Shown: piece after piece, positions 21,701 to 32,184 of the stretch
How the letters are laid out: every line of letters starts with the position of its first letter
Position numbering within the stretch: position 1 is the stretch's first letter
Assembly: GCA_963710575.1 (NCBI GenBank)
Contig: CAVQAL010000006.1
Span: 317,784 to 381,783 of the forward strand
Length of the DNA stretch: 64,000 bases
DNA from: an uncultured delta proteobacterium
Lineage (GTDB): Bacteria > Desulfobacterota > Syntrophia > Syntrophales > Smithellaceae
Direction of reading: 5' to 3'
Notes under the pieces: generated by a model
Database searches by the model: none
What the model saw: the letters and a program-made list of their open reading frames with translations, nothing else
What the model was told of the DNA's origin: nothing
Program-made: the position numbers and the translations under genes

Positions 21701-22843
21701 ATGTCAAAAAATGTTTTTAAAATAGTTTTTGTTTTATTATTTAGTGTTTTAATGGCCGGAGCAGTCTTTGCCGCTCCTCCCCTGAAGATTGGCGCGTTAT
21801 TTTCCGTGTCCGGGCCTGCTTCGTTTCTCGGTGAGCCGGAACGCAATACGGCGGAAATGATGGTGGCAGATATAAACAAAGCCGGAGGAATAAAAGGGCA
21901 TAAACTGGAGCTTATCGTCTATGATACTCAGGGTGATGCTACTAAGGCTGTGCAGGCTGTCAACAAACTCATCAAAGATGATAAAGTTGTCGCTATTATC
22001 GGCCCCAGTACGACAGGCGACAGCATGGCTGTAATTCCCGTGGTCGAAAAGGCTGAAATACCGATGATTTCATGCGCGGCGGGAATTAAAATAACCGATC
22101 CGGTAAAAAAATGGGTATTTAAAACAGCGCAAAACGACGTGCTGGCCGTAATGAAAATTTACAAGTATTTGCAGAAGCAAAAAATTTCTAAAATAGCCAT
22201 ACTTACTGTTTCGGATGGGTTCGGTTCTTCAGGCAGAGAACAGCTTAAATTACAGTCCAAAGAATTCGGCATGCAGATAATTTCGGACGAAACTTATGGT
22301 CCGAAAGATGACGATATGACGGCTCAGTTAACAAAAATACGCGACAGCGAAGCTCAAGCAATTATCTGCTGGGGAACAAATCCCGGCCCGGCCAAAGTCG
22401 CCAGAAACGTCAAACAACTGGGCATCAAACTGCCTTTATTTATGAGTCATGGCGTTTCCTCTAAGAAATTTATTGAACTCGCCGGTGAGGGAGCAGAAGG
22501 AATTATTCTTCCTTCAGGAAAAGTCATCGTTGCCGATCAGTTGCCGAAGTCCGATCCGCAAAAGAAAGCGCTGATAAACTATGTAAACAAATATCGTGAA
22601 AAATATAAGGTGGAAGGCGATCATTTTGGCGGCCATGCCTGTGACGCGATTATGCTGTTAAAGACAGCTATAGAACAGGGAGCTTTTTCGTCCGCGGCAA
22701 TTCGTGATCAGCTGGAAAAAACGAAAAAGTTCGCAGGCATTGGCGGGACATTTACTTATTCTCCGCAGGATCATGCCGGTTTGACCAGTGATGCGTTTGT
22801 TCTGGTAAAGATTGAAAAAGGCGACTGGAAATTGATTAAATAA
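21701..22843 (+). CDS. livK: Liv-type ABC transporter substrate-binding protein
   Basis: Signal peptide, KIGALFSVSG, INKAGGI; SD GGAGG. Confidence 0.88.
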   Translation: MSKNVFKIVFVLLFSVLMAGAVFAAPPLKIGALFSVSGPASFLGEPERNTAEMMVADINKAGGIKGHKLELIVYDTQGDATKAVQAVNKLIKDDKVVAIIGPSTTGDSMAVIPVVEKAEIPMISCAAGIKITDPVKKWVFKTAQNDVLAVMKIYKYLQKQKISKIAILTVSDGFGSSGREQLKLQSKEFGMQIISDETYGPKDDDMTAQLTKIRDSEAQAIICWGTNPGPAKVARNVKQLGIKLPLFMSHGVSSKKFIELAGEGAEGIILPSGKVIVADQLPKSDPQKKALINYVNKYREKYKVEGDHFGGHACDAIMLLKTAIEQGAFSSAAIRDQLEKTKKFAGIGGTFTYSPQDHAGLTSDAFVLVKIEKGDWKLIK

Positions 22844-22882
22844 TGAAGTAATCTGGTGATATAAATTAGTCAAACTGTATAA

Positions 22883-22913
22883 GCGGCGCGGGCGGTGGTA
22901 ATGCCTGCGCCGC
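22883..22913 (+). other. GC-rich intercistronic hairpin (mRNA stabiliser candidate)
   Basis: GCGGCGCGGGC-9 nt-GCCTGCGCCGC between livK and livH. Confidence 0.5.
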
Positions 22914-22951
22914 ATTAATGTTTATTGAAGAATCGCAACTTAAACTTATAA

Positions 22952-23836
22952 ATGGACAGTTCCCGGCAATTATTTCAATACATCTTATCCGGCCTTTCTA
23001 ACGGCGCTATTTACGCCTTGATTGGTTTCGGCTTTGCCATTATTTACAACTCCACCGGCATCATCAATTTTGCGCAAGGCGAGTTTGTGATGCTCGGCGG
23101 AATGTTAACAGTTTTTTTTCTTACCGTTTTAAGCCTGCCGCTCGTGCCGGCAATAGTGCTGGCCATTCTTATTTCGACAATTGTCGGCATTGCTTTTGAA
23201 CGTCTCGCCATCAGACCTCTTAAGAATGCGAAGCCGATTAGCCTGATTATTATTACTATCGGCGCCAGTATTTTTATCCGCGGCGCGGCCATGCTTATCT
23301 GGGGAAAAGATACCCATGCTCTGCCCGCTTTTTCAGGCAACGACCCGATTTATCTTGCCGGCGCAACTATTCTTCCTCAACACCTTTGGATTTTTGTCGT
23401 AACTATTTTAATCATTATTGCCAGCAGGATTTTTTTTAATTACAGCATTGCCGGCAAAGCCATGCGCGCCTGTGCTTACAATCCTCAGGCGGCAGGTCTG
23501 GTCGGTATTAACGTTAAGAATATGGTTTTACTTTCCTTTGTTATCAGTTCAGCTATCGGTTCAATGGCCGGAATAATCATCGCTCCGCTGACCATGACTT
23601 CCTATGATGTGGGTGTCATGCTGGGACTGAAAGGATTTTGCGCGGTAATTATCGGAGGGATGAGCAGCGGTTTGAGCACCGTGCTGGGAGGACTTTTGCT
23701 TGGTTTACTGGAATCTCTGGGAGCCGGTTTTATCTCTGCCAGTTATAAAGATGCCATTGCTTTTATAATTTTATTGCTGATACTTTTTATTCGGCCGGAA
23801 GGATTGTTTAAGAAAAAGGAGACGGAAAGATTTTAA
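22952..23836 (+). CDS. livH: Liv-type ABC permease LivH
   Basis: GAIYAL, INFAQGE, GKAMRA, RPEGL. Confidence 0.92.
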   Translation: MDSSRQLFQYILSGLSNGAIYALIGFGFAIIYNSTGIINFAQGEFVMLGGMLTVFFLTVLSLPLVPAIVLAILISTIVGIAFERLAIRPLKNAKPISLIIITIGASIFIRGAAMLIWGKDTHALPAFSGNDPIYLAGATILPQHLWIFVVTILIIIASRIFFNYSIAGKAMRACAYNPQAAGLVGINVKNMVLLSFVISSAIGSMAGIIIAPLTMTSYDVGVMLGLKGFCAVIIGGMSSGLSTVLGGLLLGLLESLGAGFISASYKDAIAFIILLLILFIRPEGLFKKKETERF

Positions 23837-23900
23837 CTCCACAAGCCTTGGTATTTTCAAGCAGGAAATGGTTCCGGTCTGAGAATTGAGAATAAATTTC

Positions 23901-24881
23901 ATGACGGATAAAAAACAACAAATACTGATTTTTTTAATTTTTGCGGCATCCGTGCTGTTGGCGCCTCTTTTTTTAAAAGGAAATTATCTTTTAAATGTGT
24001 TTGTTTTCGTCGGCATCAACACCATGCTGGCCATAGCGCTTAATTTACTGCTGGGATATGCCGGGCAGATTTCACTCGGGCATGCCGCCTTCTTCGGCTT
24101 GGGGGCATATATTTCCGGTATCATCACGACGAGATTTCCCGTTGACCCTTTTTTGATTATTATTCTGTCGGCTGTTTTTGCCGGAGTGCTGGCTCTTGTC
24201 ATCGGCTTTCCTATTTTAAAGCTGAAGGGACATTATCTGGCAATGGCCACGCTCGGGTTCGGTATTATCATGTACATTGTTTTTAACGAGACGGTCGGCT
24301 TAACCGGAGGTCCATCGGGGTTATCCGGCATACCTAATTTTCATATCGGCTCATTGATTTTTGACAATGATCTGAATAATTATTATCTGGTGTGGTTGTT
24401 TACTCTGGCCGTTATGTTATTGTCAATCAATCTATCCCAATCGCGAATCGGCCGGGCCCTCAGAGCCATTAATGATTCGGAAGTGGCCGCCCGCGTCATG
24501 GGCGTTAATGCCCGAATTTTAAAAGTGCAGATTTTTACTGTTTCCGCCGTTATTTCCGCTGTTGCCGGAAGCCTCTACGCTCATATAATGACTTTTATTT
24601 CTCCGGCATCTTTCGGGTTCAATTTTTCCGTGGAATTGCTGACAATGGTGGTTATCGGCGGACTGGGCAGTATTTACGGCTCATTTCTGGGCGCGGCAAT
24701 TTTAACAATGCTGCCTGAATTTCTGCGCGTTTTTCAGGATTTTGATATTGTTATTTACGGATTGATGCTGATTTTAATGACGATGTTCATGCCCGGCGGC
24801 CTGATCAGCGGTCTTCAAAAAACAGCGGAATTTACCGCCGCTAAAATAAAAGGATTGAACAGCGACGATGCTCAAACTTAA
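23901..24881 (+). CDS. livM: Liv-type ABC permease LivM
   Basis: GYAGQISLGHAAF, YLAMATL, GRALRA. Confidence 0.92.
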   Translation: MTDKKQQILIFLIFAASVLLAPLFLKGNYLLNVFVFVGINTMLAIALNLLLGYAGQISLGHAAFFGLGAYISGIITTRFPVDPFLIIILSAVFAGVLALVIGFPILKLKGHYLAMATLGFGIIMYIVFNETVGLTGGPSGLSGIPNFHIGSLIFDNDLNNYYLVWLFTLAVMLLSINLSQSRIGRALRAINDSEVAARVMGVNARILKVQIFTVSAVISAVAGSLYAHIMTFISPASFGFNFSVELLTMVVIGGLGSIYGSFLGAAILTMLPEFLRVFQDFDIVIYGLMLILMTMFMPGGLISGLQKTAEFTAAKIKGLNSDDAQT

Positions 24882-25620
24882 CGGCATAACCAAGATATTC
24901 GGCGGCCTGACCGCACTGGAGGATGTTTCCTTCTCCGTGGCCGATGGGTCAATAACCGGTGTTATCGGTCCTAACGGCGCGGGTAAGACCACGTTGTTCA
25001 ATATCATAACAGGCCTTTACGCTCAGACAGCGGGAGAAGTTTATTTGGGTGAAAAAAATATTTCGCTTTTCCCGCCGGAGACGCTTGCCGGACTTGGCTT
25101 GGTGCGCACATTTCAGAATGTCGAACTGTTCGGGCAAATGACAGTTCTGGAAAATGTTATGGTCGGTCTCCACACCAGGAGTAAGAGCGGTATTTTTTCC
25201 AGTGCTTTTAAACTGCCCGGTCAAATAAAGGAAGAAAGATATATTAAAGCAAAGAGCTTGCAGTGGCTCGAATTTACCGGCCTGACGGATTTGGCGGATG
25301 TTAAAGCCGGTAATTTACCTTTCGGCAAAGGAAGGTTGCTGGAAATTTCCCGGGCTTTGGCCGTAGAACCAAGGGCTATTTTAATGGACGAGCCTGCGGC
25401 TGGTTTGAATAGCAGGGAAACGGCCGAACTTGCACTGCTCATTCGCAGGATCAGAGAATCAGGGATAACAGTAACCCTTGTGGAACATGATATGGAACTG
25501 GTGATGGATATTTGTGATTCCATCATTGTTTTGAATCTGGGGAAAAAACTGGCGGAAGGAACTCCGCGGGAGATTCAGGAAAATCCTGCTGTGATCTCTG
25601 CGTATTTAGGATCGGATTGA
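24868..25620 (+). CDS. livG: Liv-type ABC ATPase LivG
   Basis: GPNGAGKTT, RTFQN, DEPAAG, VEHDM. Confidence 0.93.
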   Translation: MLKLNGITKIFGGLTALEDVSFSVADGSITGVIGPNGAGKTTLFNIITGLYAQTAGEVYLGEKNISLFPPETLAGLGLVRTFQNVELFGQMTVLENVMVGLHTRSKSGIFSSAFKLPGQIKEERYIKAKSLQWLEFTGLTDLADVKAGNLPFGKGRLLEISRALAVEPRAILMDEPAAGLNSRETAELALLIRRIRESGITVTLVEHDMELVMDICDSIIVLNLGKKLAEGTPREIQENPAVISAYLGSD

Positions 25621-25684
25621 TGCCTTTGTCCGGGGAACATTCATTTAAAATTGTTCCCGCAGAATGGAATTAAAAGTTGCAAAT

Positions 25685-25814
25685 TAGCGACTTTGTAAAA
25701 AGTTCCAGAGGCAAGGCGTGCAAATATTGAGGAACGAGGCGTACTTTTTAGCGTACGCCGCAGTGACGAAAGATGCAGCACAACGCTGTATATGGACTTT
25801 TTACAAGATCGCTA
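25685..25814 (+). repeat. MITE-like repeat family B, copy 1
   Basis: TAGCGACTTTGTAAAAAGT...ACTTTTTACAAGATCGCTA inverted ends; GCAAGGCG...GAGGCGTA...TACG...GCACAAC core. Confidence 0.8.
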
Positions 25815-26560
25815 TGTTGAAAATAAAAAACATCAATACCTATTACGGCCAGGCGCAGGCGTTGAAAAACGTTTCTCTGCATCTAACGGAAGGAGAGATA
25901 GTTACTCTTATTGGCGCTAATGGCGCCGGGAAGACAACGCTTCTTAATTCCTTGTCCGGAATCGTGCCTCCCCGCAGTGGTCAAATTATTTTTAATAATG
26001 TTCCTATAAATAATCTTGCTGCGCATAGAATTGTCCAGATGGGTATTTCCCAGGTTCCGGAGGGAAGACAGGTTTTCAAGCCTCTTTCTGTGGAGGATAA
26101 TCTGGAATTAGGCGCTTATCTGCACCATAAGATAATGGGCGGCGGCAAAGCTGAAGTGAAAAAAACCAGCGAGATGGTTTATGCTTTGTTTCCTATTCTG
26201 AAAGAGCGGCGCAAGCAGCTTGCCGGAACATTGTCGGGCGGTGAACAGCAAATGCTCGCTATAGGACGGGCGTTCATGGCCAGACCGAAATTGATGCTGC
26301 TCGACGAGCCTTCCATGGGGCTTGCGCCCATGGTGGCTCAGGAAATTTTCCGGGTTATTGAAAGTTTATCCCGGGAGAAAAAAACGACAATTCTTCTGGT
26401 CGAACAAAATGCGCGGGCAGCCTTGAAGATGGCCAATCGCGGCTATGTGCTGGAAAACGGCCGGTTGATTTTAGAAGGTACCGCCGCCGAATTGCTGGAA
26501 AATAAAGATGTTCAACGGGCGTATTTGGGCAAAGATAAGAAAGAGATATGGGAGAGATAA
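25814..26560 (+). CDS. livF: Liv-type ABC ATPase LivF
   Basis: GANGAGKTT, VPEGR, LSGGEQQM; the ORF-track N-terminal extension is repeat-derived. Confidence 0.93.
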   Translation: MLKIKNINTYYGQAQALKNVSLHLTEGEIVTLIGANGAGKTTLLNSLSGIVPPRSGQIIFNNVPINNLAAHRIVQMGISQVPEGRQVFKPLSVEDNLELGAYLHHKIMGGGKAEVKKTSEMVYALFPILKERRKQLAGTLSGGEQQMLAIGRAFMARPKLMLLDEPSMGLAPMVAQEIFRVIESLSREKKTTILLVEQNARAALKMANRGYVLENGRLILEGTAAELLENKDVQRAYLGKDKKEIWER

Positions 26561-26617
26561 GTTTTGTGGGGTGGAACAAGCAAAGAGGTTCCACAAGATA
26601 AAGAGTAAAAATTTATT

Positions 26618-26762
26618 AAGCTGTTCAAAAATAGCCAGATGCAAGGCGTGCAAGGCCTGAGGAGTGAAGCGTACTTTTAACGTACGTTGCAACAAGCTTG
26701 CCCCGGCGAAGGCCGGGGAAGGGCGTAGCACAACGAAGCAGACGGGTGTTTTTCAACAGCTT
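26618..26762 (+). repeat. MITE-like repeat family B, copy 2, with nested CCCCGGCGAAGGCCGGGG hairpin
   Basis: AAGCTGTTCAAAAA...TTTTTCAACAGCTT ends; same core as the 25685 and 35414 copies. Confidence 0.8.
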
Positions 26763-26776
26763 TCCAGGAGGTTTTT

Positions 26777-28078
26777 ATGAATATCTGGGATAAAGATCAT
26801 GAATGCATGTTACGGGATGAACTCGAGCAGCTGCAACTGGAAAGGCTTCAGGCAACAATCAATAGAGTTCACAAAAATGTTACCCATTACCGAAAAATAT
26901 TTAATGAACTTGGTATTATCCCGGAAGATATTTGTTCTTTGTCGGATTTGACAAAACTTCCGCTTACCACTAAAGATGACTTAAATCACAACTATCCCTA
27001 TGGTATGTTTGCCGTGCCTCTGCGGGAAGTTGTCCGTATTCATTCTTCATCGGGAACCACCAGCAAACCGATCGTAATGGGTTACACGAAAAATGATATA
27101 AAAATCTGGTCTAATCTGGTGGCGCGTTTTATGACTGCTGCCGGTGTAACTCATGACGATGTAGTGCAAATAGCTTTCCGTTACGGTCTTTTCACCGGAG
27201 CTTTCGGCGTTCACTATGGCGCGGAAACCATTGGTGCGTCGGTGATTCCAATGGGCACCGGAAACACTGAAAAGCAAATTATGATTATGCAGGATTATAA
27301 AACGACGGTATTGGTCAGTACGCCCAGCTATGCGATTGCTCTGGCGGATCGCATAGAACAATTGGGCGTGAATCCTAAATCGCTTTCGTTGAAAGTGGGG
27401 CTTTTCGGCGGAGAGTCATGGTCGGAGAAGATGCGCAACGAAATTGAAACCAGGCTGTTGTTGAGCGCGACCGACAATTACGGTCTTTCCGAGGTAATCG
27501 GCCCCGGTGTTGCAGGCGAATGTTCATGCAAGAATGGATTGCATATCTATGAAGACGCGTTCATTCCGGAGATTATTGATCCTGAAACAGGCGCGGCATT
27601 ACCGCCCGGCAGCACGGGTGAACTGGTGCTTACTACGCTTACCAAAGAAGCGTTTCCCATGATTCGCTACCGGACAGGGGATCTCACCAGCCTCGACTAT
27701 TCTCAGTGTGAGTGCGGCAGAACTTTGGTGCGCATGAAAAAAATAATGCAGCGTTCCGACGATATGCTCATCATCAGAGGTGTCAATGTGTTTCCTTCGC
27801 AAATCGAGGATGCGCTTTTCAGCATCGCGCAGGGTGAAACACCTTATCAGCTTGTCGTGGAAAGAACCGGAGCGATGGACTCTCTGGAAGTTGTCATTGA
27901 AGTTACGGATAAAATATTTTCTCTGGAGTTGCAAAAGCAGAGGTCTTTTCTGGAATCGCTTAAAAAGCGTATCGGATCGATAACCGGCATCAATGTCGGG
28001 GTTAAATTGGTTGAGTCTAAAAGTATTTTGCGTCAAAAAGGGAAAATTGCGCGGGTAGTGGATAAAAGACAAATATAA
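26777..28078 (+). CDS. paaK: Phenylacetate-CoA ligase
   Basis: YPYGMFAVP, HSSSGTT, YGLSEVIGPG, RYRTGD, RGVNVFPSQIE. Confidence 0.92.
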   Translation: MNIWDKDHECMLRDELEQLQLERLQATINRVHKNVTHYRKIFNELGIIPEDICSLSDLTKLPLTTKDDLNHNYPYGMFAVPLREVVRIHSSSGTTSKPIVMGYTKNDIKIWSNLVARFMTAAGVTHDDVVQIAFRYGLFTGAFGVHYGAETIGASVIPMGTGNTEKQIMIMQDYKTTVLVSTPSYAIALADRIEQLGVNPKSLSLKVGLFGGESWSEKMRNEIETRLLLSATDNYGLSEVIGPGVAGECSCKNGLHIYEDAFIPEIIDPETGAALPPGSTGELVLTTLTKEAFPMIRYRTGDLTSLDYSQCECGRTLVRMKKIMQRSDDMLIIRGVNVFPSQIEDALFSIAQGETPYQLVVERTGAMDSLEVVIEVTDKIFSLELQKQRSFLESLKKRIGSITGINVGVKLVESKSILRQKGKIARVVDKRQI

Positions 28079-28086
28079 AAACTATT

Positions 28087-28213
28087 AATACCACTTCTAA
28101 ATCAAAGCGCTATCTTTGTTGGCAGCGTCGTCGGTTTCCTCAACGTATATATAATACGCCTCGTCGCCTCCTCCTTGCCGCCTCGATATCCTCTTTGATT
28201 TAAAAGTGGTGTA
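28087..28213 (+). repeat. MITE-like repeat family A, copy 3
   Basis: ATACCACTTCTAAATCAAAG...CTTTGATTTAAAAGTGGT; between convergent genes. Confidence 0.85.
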
Positions 28214-28286
28214 AGTAAATTAATGAGAGCAAAATTTTAGTGATAAATTTTAATTTGTCGAATAATGGAATAATTTATTCTGCCTG

Positions 28287-28958
28287 TTATTTTTTTCTGC
28301 TTTTTAACAGTTCGAGTATTTTATCGTGATAGTAATAGACGACGATAAGAATAATTATACCTGCTGCCGCAAGGCAGGTTAAAAAGAAATATTGTCCATT
28401 GCCGGCATAGTACCCGGTGAAAGAAAGCATTATGGTGCCCAACAGGCGGCCGGTTGTGGAAACTATGATGAATGTCCATGTGGGAATGAGACTGACACCC
28501 ATGATGTAACATAAATAATCCTTGGGGAATCCCGGAACAAGAAAGAGAATTAAAGATACCCCAATGCCCTGATGTTCCATGAAGTGATCAAATTTTTCAA
28601 AGACCTCTTTTTTAACTACGTTTTCCAGAAGCGGTTCGCCGAAAAAGCGTGCCAGCATGAAAGCAATCCACGAACCGAGCGTAAGTCCGATTGTCGAATA
28701 AACAGTTCCCCAAAAAGGGCCGTAAAGATAACCGCCGATAAGACCTGTCAGTTCTCCAGGAATTGGTGCGGCCACAACTTGTACAATCTGAAGAAAAATG
28801 AAGATGAGTTCGTCGTAAGGGTGGTATGAATTAATAAAACTCAGTAATTTGTGTTTGTCTTGAAACAACAGATACAGATCAAAGTGGATGAAGATATAAA
28901 CTGATAATATGATTAACAGGAGTAAGAAAAGAACTCTGAGAGTTAAACGTTTATTCAT
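28287..28958 (-). CDS. TVP38/TMEM64 (VTT domain) membrane protein
   Basis: QVVAAPIPGE, GGYLYG, LVPGFPKD. Confidence 0.85.
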   Translation of the reverse strand: MNKRLTLRVLFLLLLIILSVYIFIHFDLYLLFQDKHKLLSFINSYHPYDELIFIFLQIVQVVAAPIPGELTGLIGGYLYGPFWGTVYSTIGLTLGSWIAFMLARFFGEPLLENVVKKEVFEKFDHFMEHQGIGVSLILFLVPGFPKDYLCYIMGVSLIPTWTFIIVSTTGRLLGTIMLSFTGYYAGNGQYFFLTCLAAAGIIILIVVYYYHDKILELLKSRKK

Positions 28959-28992
28959 TGCGGAAGAATCTTAGGTCGTGTCGTCCTTTACT

Positions 28993-29178
28993 TTATTTTT
29001 CGATTTTCTTCGTTTCCTCTTCAGATTTTTTCTCCGGTTCATTCATTGCTTGTTTAAACCCTTTGATTGCTTTGCCTATTGATGCTCCTAATTCCGGCAG
29101 TTTTCCTGGACCAAAGATAATCAAAACTATAATCAGGATCAATATGAGGTGCATAGGTTGAAAAAGTCCTTCAAACAT
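28993..29178 (-). CDS. tatA: Twin-arginine translocase TatA/E
   Basis: [23 protein letters not shown]; SD GGAGG. Confidence 0.93.
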   Translation of the reverse strand: MFEGLFQPMHLILILIIVLIIFGPGKLPELGASIGKAIKGFKQAMNEPEKKSEEETKKIEK

Positions 29179-29474
29179 GGTGTTGCCTCCCTTAACTTTA
29201 ACTGATACCAAACCTTTTGATAGTTTTCGTCACAATGGCGAAAACTATCAGTTTGGAACTTATTATAAATGGTATAATATAATTTTACCTGCGTCAACCT
29301 TATTGTTTTCTGTAGCTATCATTGGACTTTGGAGGTTTTATTGTAAATTTCCTCAATCAAAACAGTTGACTTTAAAAATACTCTATGTAAAAAAACAAAC
29401 GGGAATTTTTTCAGTTGTTTAATTTTACCACTAAATTATCATCAGAAGTAAAGTAAAAGGGGGATGGAATTTTT

Positions 29475-30838
29475 ATGGCTAAAGTGCCGCAGAAGTTGGA
29501 AAAAACAAGAGCGGAGATTTACAAGAACGCGCCCATCGCAAAATTCGGTGAGAGAAAGCCTGATTTCAGCACAATGGGGCGAAAAATAAAAAATCCTCAT
29601 AAAAAATTCCGGGAGGTTGTTTGTGTGGAAGCCTGCCGGACGCCTTACGGCCGTTCCGGCGGAGCGCTCAAAGATTTTTCGGCAATGGAGTTGGGCGCTC
29701 TGGCGATAAAAGAAGTACTGCGCCGCACCGAAGGCAGGGTAAAGCCTGCGGATGTGGACTATATATTTATGGGGCAGGTTGTTCCCGCCGGCTGCGGCCA
29801 GATACCGGGGCGTCAGGCAACAATTCTGGCAGGAGTGCCGGAATCCGTTCCTTCCATTACCATCAATAAAGTCTGCTCTTCCGGCATCAAGACGATTGAT
29901 CTGGCTTTTCAAATGATCCTTCTGGGACGCGCTGATATCTGCATTGCCGGCGGTCAGGAGAGTATGAGCAATTGTCCCTTTGTTCTGCCGGATATGCGCT
30001 GGGGAGCGAGGATGGCCCTGCCCAACGGCCGAGTCGTTGATTCGATGGTTTATGACGGCTTGTGGGACGCCTTCTACAACCGGCATATGGCCATTCACGG
30101 CTCGGAAGTGGCCGATGAGTTCGGCTTTACCCGGCAGGAACAAGATGAATGGGCGCTTAATTCGCAGATGAACGCTGTGCGCGCGATGAATGAAGGAAAA
30201 CTTGATGATGAAATTTTTCCGGTGGAAGTAAAGCAGGGCAAAAAAGTGATCGTTTTTGATAAAGACGAGGGGCCGCGGCCTGAGACTACACTCGAAGGTC
30301 TGGCAAAACTTCCGCCTGTGTTCGGCCATTTAAGCACCGTTACCGGCCAGCCGGGAAGTGTTACAGCCGGCAATGCCCCCGGAGTAAATGACGGCGGCGA
30401 CGTCTGCCTTTTGATGAGCAGGGAGAAAGCTGATGAACTGGGTCTTAAGCCTATCTTTACCATTGTTGATTATGCCGAGGTATCGCAGCCGACCAAAGAC
30501 ATCGCGACCGTGCCGGGTTTGGCCATTAAAAAATTCTGGAGCAAAACGATATGACACTTGATCAGATGGATGTCATCGAAATCAACGAAGCTTTTGCCGC
30601 AGTGGCGCTGGTGAGCTGCCGTTCGATTCTAGGTATGACTAAGGAAGAGATGTTTAAAAAGGTGAATATCAACGGCGGGGCGGTTGCTTTCGGCCATCCC
30701 ATCGGAGCAACCGGAGCCAGAATTGCCATGACGCTTGGTTACGAGTTGCGGAGGCGCGGCGGCGGCTGGGGCGTCTGCGGCATTTGCTCGGGGCATGCGC
30801 AGGGCGATGCGATGCTGATTCGCGTGGATAAAAAATAA
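29475..30838 (+). CDS. Acetyl-CoA C-acyltransferase (thiolase), one base missing in the A6 run at 30528-30533
   Basis: [34 protein letters not shown]; adding one A joins the two ORFs. Confidence 0.92.
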
Positions 30839-31023
30839 AGGATTTTTGGGCAACGAGCCTTCACTGTGTTTATGAACTCGCCTGTTTCTTTTCAGGTTAA
30901 CATTTTCTTTACAGCATTCGCAGCGGCCTGGCTCTTTTTTTCATGGCGGCCAACGCTTGCAGGGTGGTGATCAAACCATAAATAGTGGCATGATGCTGTA
31001 AAAAAATTAAATGGCAGGAATCT

Positions 31024-31920
31024 TCACCGCCGCTGATCGTGTCGCTGATACGACGACATAAGCTCCGCGCAAAACAAAAAAATCAAGGCGACATAAAATG
31101 CCCAAATAACCAGGATAACAATAGTTCCCAAAGAGCCAAAGATTATATTGTAACGGGTATAGTTGGCTATATACCAGGTGAATAATTGTTTGGCGATTTC
31201 CATAAGCAGTGCAAAGAGCGCGCTGCCGGCCAAGGCAACAGCAGAACGAATTTTGTCTGCGGGGATAATCCGATAGACGAAATAAAAGAAAATTACCGTG
31301 ATTAAATAAGGAACAGCATACCGCAGCAGCGCTCCCGACATGGCGCCAAGAGAGATATTGAGTCCCTCGGCTATTTCCACGGATTGCTTTACCAGCATAG
31401 AGGCCACATAGCTGATTACCAAACTGATACTGCCTATAATCCATCCCGCCGGAATCATCGAGAACGCCAACAATTTGGAAACAAAATAATTCCGTTTTTT
31501 CCGGGAACGAAAAATAATATTCAGCGCCGTTTCCATGGAATTAAAAATCATTGACGAAAGACCTACCAGTCCCAACAGACCCGCCCAGCCCAGCAAATGT
31601 TTTTTCCTATAAACTTGCCCTAACTGAGCGAGAAGCTTTTCGGAAAAGTAAGGGTTAAATTCCCTGATGGCGTCTATTATAGATTCTGAAACATTCGGAT
31701 ATGAACTGAAGAAATATCCCGCGACAATAATCGTCAGAATAAAAAGAGGAATCGTCGAAAGGATTGAATAGAAGGCCATTGCCGCCGCTTGATTGACATC
31801 GCCATTTTTTTTGTAATTTTTTACCGCATCGGCTAAAATAGACCAAATACCGGTGACTGTCATTATAAATGATTTGAAAGTCCAACCGTGTAATGATTTA
31901 TTACCCTTTTTTCTAACCAT
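31024..31920 (-). CDS. YihY/BrkB family membrane protein
   Basis: AAAMAFYSILSTIP, FGSLG, GSALF. Confidence 0.85.
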   Translation of the reverse strand: MVRKKGNKSLHGWTFKSFIMTVTGIWSILADAVKNYKKNGDVNQAAAMAFYSILSTIPLFILTIIVAGYFFSSYPNVSESIIDAIREFNPYFSEKLLAQLGQVYRKKHLLGWAGLLGLVGLSSMIFNSMETALNIIFRSRKKRNYFVSKLLAFSMIPAGWIIGSISLVISYVASMLVKQSVEIAEGLNISLGAMSGALLRYAVPYLITVIFFYFVYRIIPADKIRSAVALAGSALFALLMEIAKQLFTWYIANYTRYNIIFGSLGTIVILVIWAFYVALIFLFCAELMSSYQRHDQRR

Positions 31921-31961
31921 AAAAATAGTCCGATAATTTTTAGTGAAACTTAATTTTTATA

Positions 31962-32032
31962 ATCCCGCAGTATTGCGGGAGAAGTAAAATTTTAGTCCCG
32001 ATGCGGCATCGGGATATCAAAACGCATCGGGA
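31962..32032. repeat. Cluster of short REP-like palindromes
   Basis: TCCCGCAGTATTGCGGGA, TCCCGATGCGGCATCGGGA and a half site GCATCGGGA. Confidence 0.55.
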
Positions 32033-32184
32033 TGAAATCAAAACTCTGCGCACTTAGCGTAAGATTAAATTCCCAATAGGGTTTTGGGGCTTGCCAAGGG
32101 TAAAATCTTTTTACACTAATCTTATATTTTTACAATTAATAAAATTTTATTGCAATGGTTTGATTACTGCGCTAATTTACTTTC

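Noticed and set aside
25718-25813. N-terminal extensions in the ORF track for livF, purL, gltX, rmuC and tatA
   Set aside because: They are upstream alternative codons lying in repeat or promoter DNA; family homology starts at the downstream ATGs
29442-30329. 295-aa antisense ORF over the thiolase (also 13270..14088 over purL and 56467..57069 over the primase)
   Set aside because: Shadow ORFs opposite well-supported genes, with no recognisable motifs
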